A DNA stretch of 64,000 nucleotides from the NCBI GenBank assembly GCA_964502705.1, contig CAZCXZ010000001.1:25407-89406 (forward strand), written 5' to 3'. This stretch comes from Uncultured Candidatus Berkiella sp. Its GTDB lineage: Bacteria; Pseudomonadota; Gammaproteobacteria; Berkiellales; Berkiellaceae. The notes below the pieces were generated by a model. The model ran no database searches. It was not told where the DNA came from and saw only the letters and a list, made by a program, of their open reading frames with translations. Position 1 is the first letter of the stretch. Each line of letters opens with the position of its first letter. The position numbers and the translations under genes are program-made. Below, piece by piece: positions 58,329-64,000 of the stretch.

Positions 58329-59282
58329 ATGGGACAACTCATCAACGGACAATGGCACGACGAATGGTATGACACCAAAAAAACCAAAGGCGAGTTTGTT
58401 CGTGAGAAAAGCCAGTTTAGAAACTGGATAACAGTTGATGGACAACCTGGGCCAACAGGCAAAGGCGGCTTCATTGCTGAAAGTGGTCGATATCATCTTT
58501 ACGTTTCCTATGCCTGCCCATGGGCCCATCGCACGATTATTTTCCGTGCATTAAAAAATCTGACCGATCATATCTCGATGAGCTTAGTACATCCTCATAT
58601 GCTCTCAAGAGGCTGGGAATTTATTCCAACGCACCCGAATTATCGCGATCCGTTAAACTATTGTCGCAGCCTTTATGAGATCTATCTTTTAGCTGATCCG
58701 TTTTTTACGGGCAGAGTTACGGTGCCAGTATTATGGGACAAAAAACAACATGTGATCGTGAACAATGAATCATCAGAAATTATTCGGATGTTTGATAGTG
58801 CTTTTGCCAAAGTAGCGCCTTGCAATACCGAATATTATCCTATCGCGCTGCGCCCTGAGATCGATGTCATTAATCAATTTGTCTATGACAACATCAATAA
58901 TGGCGTATACCGTTGTGGTTTTGCGACCAGTCAAGAAGCCTATGATAAAGCTTTTGACTCCCTTTTTAATGCGCTAGATGAGATTGAAAAACGCTTAGAG
59001 AAACAAACTTACTTAGTGAACAATACGCTCACTGAGGCCGATTGGCGTTTGTTTACCACATTGATTCGTTTTGATGTGGTTTACTATAGTCACTTTAAAT
59101 GTAATAAACGCATGCTGCGCGATTACCCCTATATTAGTCGCTATTTAAAAGCACTTTATCACCTACCCAAGATCCAAGACACTGTGCATTTTGATCAGAT
59201 CAAACAGCATTACTATTATAGCCAAGCGACTTTAAATCCTTCTCGCGTGGTGCCCAAAGGGCCCCTTATCGATTTGGGTTAG
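58329..59282 (+). CDS. yqjG: Glutathionyl-hydroquinone reductase (GST omega-like)
   Basis: MGQLINGQWHD, YHLYVSYACPWAHR, RVTVPVLWD, NNGVYRCGFA, HFKCN. Confidence 0.95.
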   Translation: MGQLINGQWHDEWYDTKKTKGEFVREKSQFRNWITVDGQPGPTGKGGFIAESGRYHLYVSYACPWAHRTIIFRALKNLTDHISMSLVHPHMLSRGWEFIPTHPNYRDPLNYCRSLYEIYLLADPFFTGRVTVPVLWDKKQHVIVNNESSEIIRMFDSAFAKVAPCNTEYYPIALRPEIDVINQFVYDNINNGVYRCGFATSQEAYDKAFDSLFNALDEIEKRLEKQTYLVNNTLTEADWRLFTTLIRFDVVYYSHFKCNKRMLRDYPYISRYLKALYHLPKIQDTVHFDQIKQHYYYSQATLNPSRVVPKGPLIDLG

Positions 59283-59290
59283 GAATTAAC

Positions 59291-60124
59291 ATGGCGCAAC
59301 CTTCATTGGTAAGACCTTTCTTAAAATGGCCAGGCGGTAAATTTCGTTTAGTGCCAACTCTAAAAAAGCATTTAGTGGAAAACCGCTATTTGGTTGAGCC
59401 ATTTGCTGGAGCTGGCGCTTTATTTTTGAATACGCATCACCCAGAAATTCTGATCAATGATATTAATCCTGATCTCATTAATATTTACCGGCAGCTACAA
59501 CAAACCGGTTCCGATTTTATTGATGAAGCCAAAGCATATTTTCAAAAGAAATTTAATCGTTCAAAAACTTACTATCAATTACGTGCGCGGTTTAACCGCA
59601 GTAAAAAACCATTAGAACGGGCTTTATTGTTTTTGTATCTCAATCGACACGGTTACAACGGCTTGTGCCGCTATAACTTAAAGGGTTTGTATAACGTGCC
59701 ATTTGGCGCTTATGCTGCACCTTACTTTCCACAAGAAGAACTCATGATCTGTCACGCGCGTCTCCAACAGGTCACATTACATTGCGAAAATTATACGGCG
59801 TTTTTAAATCGTTTATTAGAACGCGATCTATCGCAAATGGTGATTTATTGTGATCCACCCTATGCGCCATTAAGTAAAACCGCCAGTTTTACAGGCTATG
59901 CGGCGAATAAATTTACGCTGGAAGATCAACAGCAATTAGCCACATTTGCCAAACAGTTGGCCAAAAAGGGAGCCGTGGTTTTGATAAGTAATCACGATAC
60001 ACCGTTCACGCGCAGCATCTATAAGGGTGCTAAATTGAAAAAAATCGAAGTGAGCCGCACGATCAGCTGCCATGGTGGCACCCGATCGAAGGTATCAGAG
60101 CTGATTGCCTGCTTTAAAGCTTAA
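59291..60124 (+). CDS. dam: DNA adenine methyltransferase (Dam, D12 class)
   Basis: FLKWPGGK, EPFAGAG, YLNRHGYNGLCRYN, YCDPPY, ISNHDT, RTISC. Confidence 0.92.
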   Translation: MAQPSLVRPFLKWPGGKFRLVPTLKKHLVENRYLVEPFAGAGALFLNTHHPEILINDINPDLINIYRQLQQTGSDFIDEAKAYFQKKFNRSKTYYQLRARFNRSKKPLERALLFLYLNRHGYNGLCRYNLKGLYNVPFGAYAAPYFPQEELMICHARLQQVTLHCENYTAFLNRLLERDLSQMVIYCDPPYAPLSKTASFTGYAANKFTLEDQQQLATFAKQLAKKGAVVLISNHDTPFTRSIYKGAKLKKIEVSRTISCHGGTRSKVSELIACFKA

Positions 60125-60909
60125 GGTTTTTTAGCAGGTTCCACAGGTGCTGCCTGAGGTGGCGTTGCTGGCGCCGCTGGTACCACAGGTGTGGCTACCG
60201 GCGTTTCAGGTGTTGTCGGCAAAGGAGCGGCTACGCTTGCTTGAATCTCACCTTTCTCAACTTTGATCAGATGTTCTACAACAGCAATGACATTTTCTTG
60301 AGAACCGGCCAAACGAGCCGTCGTCACAAAAATGCCTTTAGGGCCTTGCACAACAAAAGCGGGAACCGCTGTCACGCGATATGCACGCGTGATGGCACCT
60401 GCCCATTTTTGCTTTCGATTCATACTGAATGAATCAAATTCTTTGTCAAAATCTTTTTGTGGAACACCATTGGTCGTAAAAAACTGCCTTAAAGTGTCAT
60501 CTGATGAGCTGGTGATTTTACCGTTGTGAATAGCATCAAAAAGTGGCGTGTGGATTTTATCCATCACGTTTAAATTCATCGCGGTGTAATAGGCTTTAGT
60601 TAAATTACGCCATTCAGCATGAAACTCCACCGGGATACGTTGAAAGCTGACGTCGCTAGGTAATTTCGCACGTAATTGCTCAACCATGGGATCTAACTTA
60701 TGGCAGCCTGCGCAACCATAACTAAAGAATTCAATCACATAGATTTGATTTGCCGTTTCTTTGGCAAGCTCTTTGACCAGTGGGTTCTCGGCAATATCTT
60801 GAGGTGCTCGCGCATATTGCTTGCCTTCTTCAATGAGCAACTCCGCTCTTGCGTTGATGGACAACAAGAGCGTGAATGAAGCAATAAGAAAGGCGGTGAC
60901 TATTTTCAT
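60121..60909 (-). CDS. dsbA: Thiol:disulfide interchange protein DsbA with Pro-rich C-terminal tail
   Basis: Signal peptide, EFFSYGCAGC, cis-Pro loop AVPA; adjacent to cytochrome c4; start set at ATG 60909. Confidence 0.88.
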   Translation of the reverse strand: MKIVTAFLIASFTLLLSINARAELLIEEGKQYARAPQDIAENPLVKELAKETANQIYVIEFFSYGCAGCHKLDPMVEQLRAKLPSDVSFQRIPVEFHAEWRNLTKAYYTAMNLNVMDKIHTPLFDAIHNGKITSSSDDTLRQFFTTNGVPQKDFDKEFDSFSMNRKQKWAGAITRAYRVTAVPAFVVQGPKGIFVTTARLAGSQENVIAVVEHLIKVEKGEIQASVAAPLPTTPETPVATPVVPAAPATPPQAAPVEPAKKP

Positions 60910-60928
60910 GCAAGAGCATCCCTGTCGC

Positions 60929-61546
60929 TTAGTGTAAACCCTCAACATAACTACTCACAGCTTTCATTTCTTCTGGACTGAGGCGGTGACTAATACTTTC
61001 CATCATGCCGTTAGGGCTATTTTTACGCTTCCCATCACGAAACGCGATTAATTGATTTTCGATATAGGTTGCATGTTGACCAGCCAGTTTTGGAAACTTC
61101 GCTGCTTCGTTGCCTTCGCCACTTGGACCATGACAAGCGATACATGCGCTGACACCGGTTTGAATATTACCACCGCGATAGATCCGTTCACCTAGCGCGA
61201 CATATTCGCTTTTGGCTTTGCCCATGGTTTGCTTATTCGCGGAATAGAAGGCTGCCAAGTCTGCAATATCTTGATCAGAAAGGGCCGCTACCATCGCATA
61301 CATGGAAGCTTCGTAACGTGGGCCTTGTTCGCCCATGCGGAAATCTTTGAGTTGTTTTTCTAAGTAATTTTCATATTGACCGGCAATCTTTGGCCAGTTC
61401 GCTACGACGCTATTACCATCTGCACCATGGCAGGCTACGCAGGTTTGCGTTTTGGATTTTCCGGCCTCGGCGTCACCCTTTGCCACAGCGAAAGTGCTAA
61501 AGAGTACAACGGCAAAACAAGAAAAGAGTGTTAAATAACGTTTCAT
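60929..61546 (-). CDS. Diheme cytochrome c4
   Basis: CVACHG and CIACHG, PKIAGQ/PKLAGQ; divergent from engB. Confidence 0.95.
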   Translation of the reverse strand: MKRYLTLFSCFAVVLFSTFAVAKGDAEAGKSKTQTCVACHGADGNSVVANWPKIAGQYENYLEKQLKDFRMGEQGPRYEASMYAMVAALSDQDIADLAAFYSANKQTMGKAKSEYVALGERIYRGGNIQTGVSACIACHGPSGEGNEAAKFPKLAGQHATYIENQLIAFRDGKRKNSPNGMMESISHRLSPEEMKAVSSYVEGLH

Positions 61547-61745
61547 CTAAATTTTTCCAATTTTTCAATTGATTAGAGGCACGCAAATGCTAGTGCCTGC
61601 TAAATGCCTCATGCTAAGATGCTTTTATGATAAAAAAGATTGCCAACTTATACCAACAACCCAAAGGGTGGTCAACAAGGCTTCTTATCACGCCACGTGA
61701 GTTTATTAAATAACGTAATTTTTTGTTTCTATTTCTGGTGGTAAA

Positions 61746-62423
61746 ATGGCCAATCCAAACGTTCCCCCTCCACAAAATTTTTCATTTTCCAATGTTAGCT
61801 TTATTAAGAGTGCCCCAACTTTAAAGCAAAGCCCCGAGGATGTCGGCATTGAAGTGGCCTTTGTGGGTCGATCGAATGCGGGTAAATCGAGCGCTATTAA
61901 CACCATTACTGGCAGGTCGGGTTTAGCACGCACCAGTAAGACGCCTGGACGCACCCAGTTGATGAATTACTTCTACCTGGATGATAACCGCCGCATCGTT
62001 GATTTGCCCGGCTATGGCTATGCTAAGGTGCCTGAACGCATCCAAAGACAAATTGAAGAGCTACTCGGAAGCTATCTTAGCCAGCGTCAATGCTTGCAAG
62101 GCGTGATCTTGTTGATGGACATTCGTCACCCGATGATGAAAACCGATAAGCACTTTATCGACTTCGCCGAACAGTACGAATTGCCCATTCATATTCTGCT
62201 CACCAAGTGTGACAAGTTAAGCCGCAGCAAAAGCAACCAAGTGTTGGTTGATACCCGTAGTGCCATTAGTGCTTACCCGAACGTAAGCGTACAAACGTTC
62301 TCAGCAACGGAAAGCATTGGTGTCGAAGAAGTTTATCGCAAGCTTGATGAATGGTTCAATTTTGAGGATGGTGGCCACGAACTTGCAAAGCGATTGTTAA
62401 ATGGCGACGATTCTACTGCATAG
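61746..62423 (+). CDS. engB: Ribosome biogenesis GTPase YihA/YsxC
   Basis: GRSNAGKSS, SKTPGRT, DLPGYG, TKCDK. Confidence 0.97.
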   Translation: MANPNVPPPQNFSFSNVSFIKSAPTLKQSPEDVGIEVAFVGRSNAGKSSAINTITGRSGLARTSKTPGRTQLMNYFYLDDNRRIVDLPGYGYAKVPERIQRQIEELLGSYLSQRQCLQGVILLMDIRHPMMKTDKHFIDFAEQYELPIHILLTKCDKLSRSKSNQVLVDTRSAISAYPNVSVQTFSATESIGVEEVYRKLDEWFNFEDGGHELAKRLLNGDDSTA

Positions 62424-62475
62424 ATGTTCATCCATAAATTCCTCTGGCTGAACATGCAGTAAAAATAAACCTAAT

Positions 62476-62503
62476 GAAACTTATCATTTCTGCAGATGTC
62501 TTA
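62476..62503 (+). promoter_or_regulatory. Candidate sigmaE/AlgU-type promoter
   Basis: GAAACTT-N16-TCTTA resembles GAACTT-N16/17-TCTnA and sits ~5 nt before the first sRNA hairpin. Confidence 0.45.
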
Positions 62504-62507
62504 TAGA

Positions 62508-62628
62508 GTGACACAAATGATTTTTTCATCTGTGTCAGCTGTGTTTTTTTATAAGCACAGCTTTCTCGACTCTTCCCCCAGAGTCGAGTATCGTTACGCC
62601 CCGGAGACCCCAAACCGGGGTTTTTTTT
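62508..62628 (+). ncRNA. Candidate ~120-nt sRNA with four hairpins downstream of engB
   Basis: Stems TGACACA/TGTGTCA, GCTGTG/CACAGC, CTCGACTC/GAGTCGAG (loop TTCCCCCA) and CCCCGG/CCGGGG followed by T8. Confidence 0.65.
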
Positions 62629-62733
62629 GGCTGATCGTTTTATCATTCCTGCGCGAGAAAAAATTCCCCCTCCCGCCCTACGGGCACCCTCCTGTAGTGG
62701 TCAAGTAATTTTGGACACTCTGCTAGAGAAAAC

Positions 62734-63878
<1,145 letters not shown>

Positions 63879-64000
63879 TTTTATACCTCATGATTTAGCA
63901 CGCTATTTTAACATCTTTTTGCGTGTCCAAAATCATTAGACCACTACATGGGTGACGTTTATACCATTGCATCTTTATTCCTCTTGATTTTTAATGTTTG

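Noticed and set aside
57535-60124. YgjP-like peptidase plus dam as a restriction/defence system
   Set aside because: No nuclease or hsd genes; the genes are on opposite strands and separated by yqjG.
63947-64000. ATG formed at the IS right junction opening a hydrophobic frame
   Set aside because: Only 17 codons visible before the window ends; cannot be supported.

Overview
Core chromosomal region of a moderately AT-rich gammaproteobacterium. Gene order strongly recalls Pseudomonas-type synteny (fimS-algR-hemCDXY, cyaY/lptM-lysA-dapF, dsbB-rsd, glnK/ubiK...comM, rep/cyt c5, dsbA-cyt c4/engB). Eukaryote-like and orphan genes are interspersed, which suggests a Legionellales/Berkiella-like host-associated organism (inference only). 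Content: the 5' half of a compact MSHA-type type IV pilus operon, housekeeping genes (gpsA, secB, gpmI, envC, ctpA, rpoH, hemB, trxA, rho, ubiD, speA, speE, rep, dam and others) and one complete IS3-family element at the right end. No rRNA, tRNA or CRISPR array was seen. Most notable signals, several absent from the ORF track: (1) a ~250-nt CsrB/RsmZ-like sRNA (minus strand, 39132-39381) with GGA-loop hairpins and a GacA-type upstream box, next to rsd and a bipolar histone-H1-like gene, plus matching CsrA sites in the pilus operon leader; (2) a Ulp1/SENP (C48)-fold protease with an intact triad and LIR-like and SIM-like motifs, a candidate host-directed effector; (3) a four-hairpin sRNA behind a sigmaE-like promoter downstream of engB; (4) a CIRCE operator on rpoH; (5) a P1B ATPase with altered metal ligands and a CHASE4 pseudo-kinase; (6) small unannotated ORFs and REP-like palindromes.
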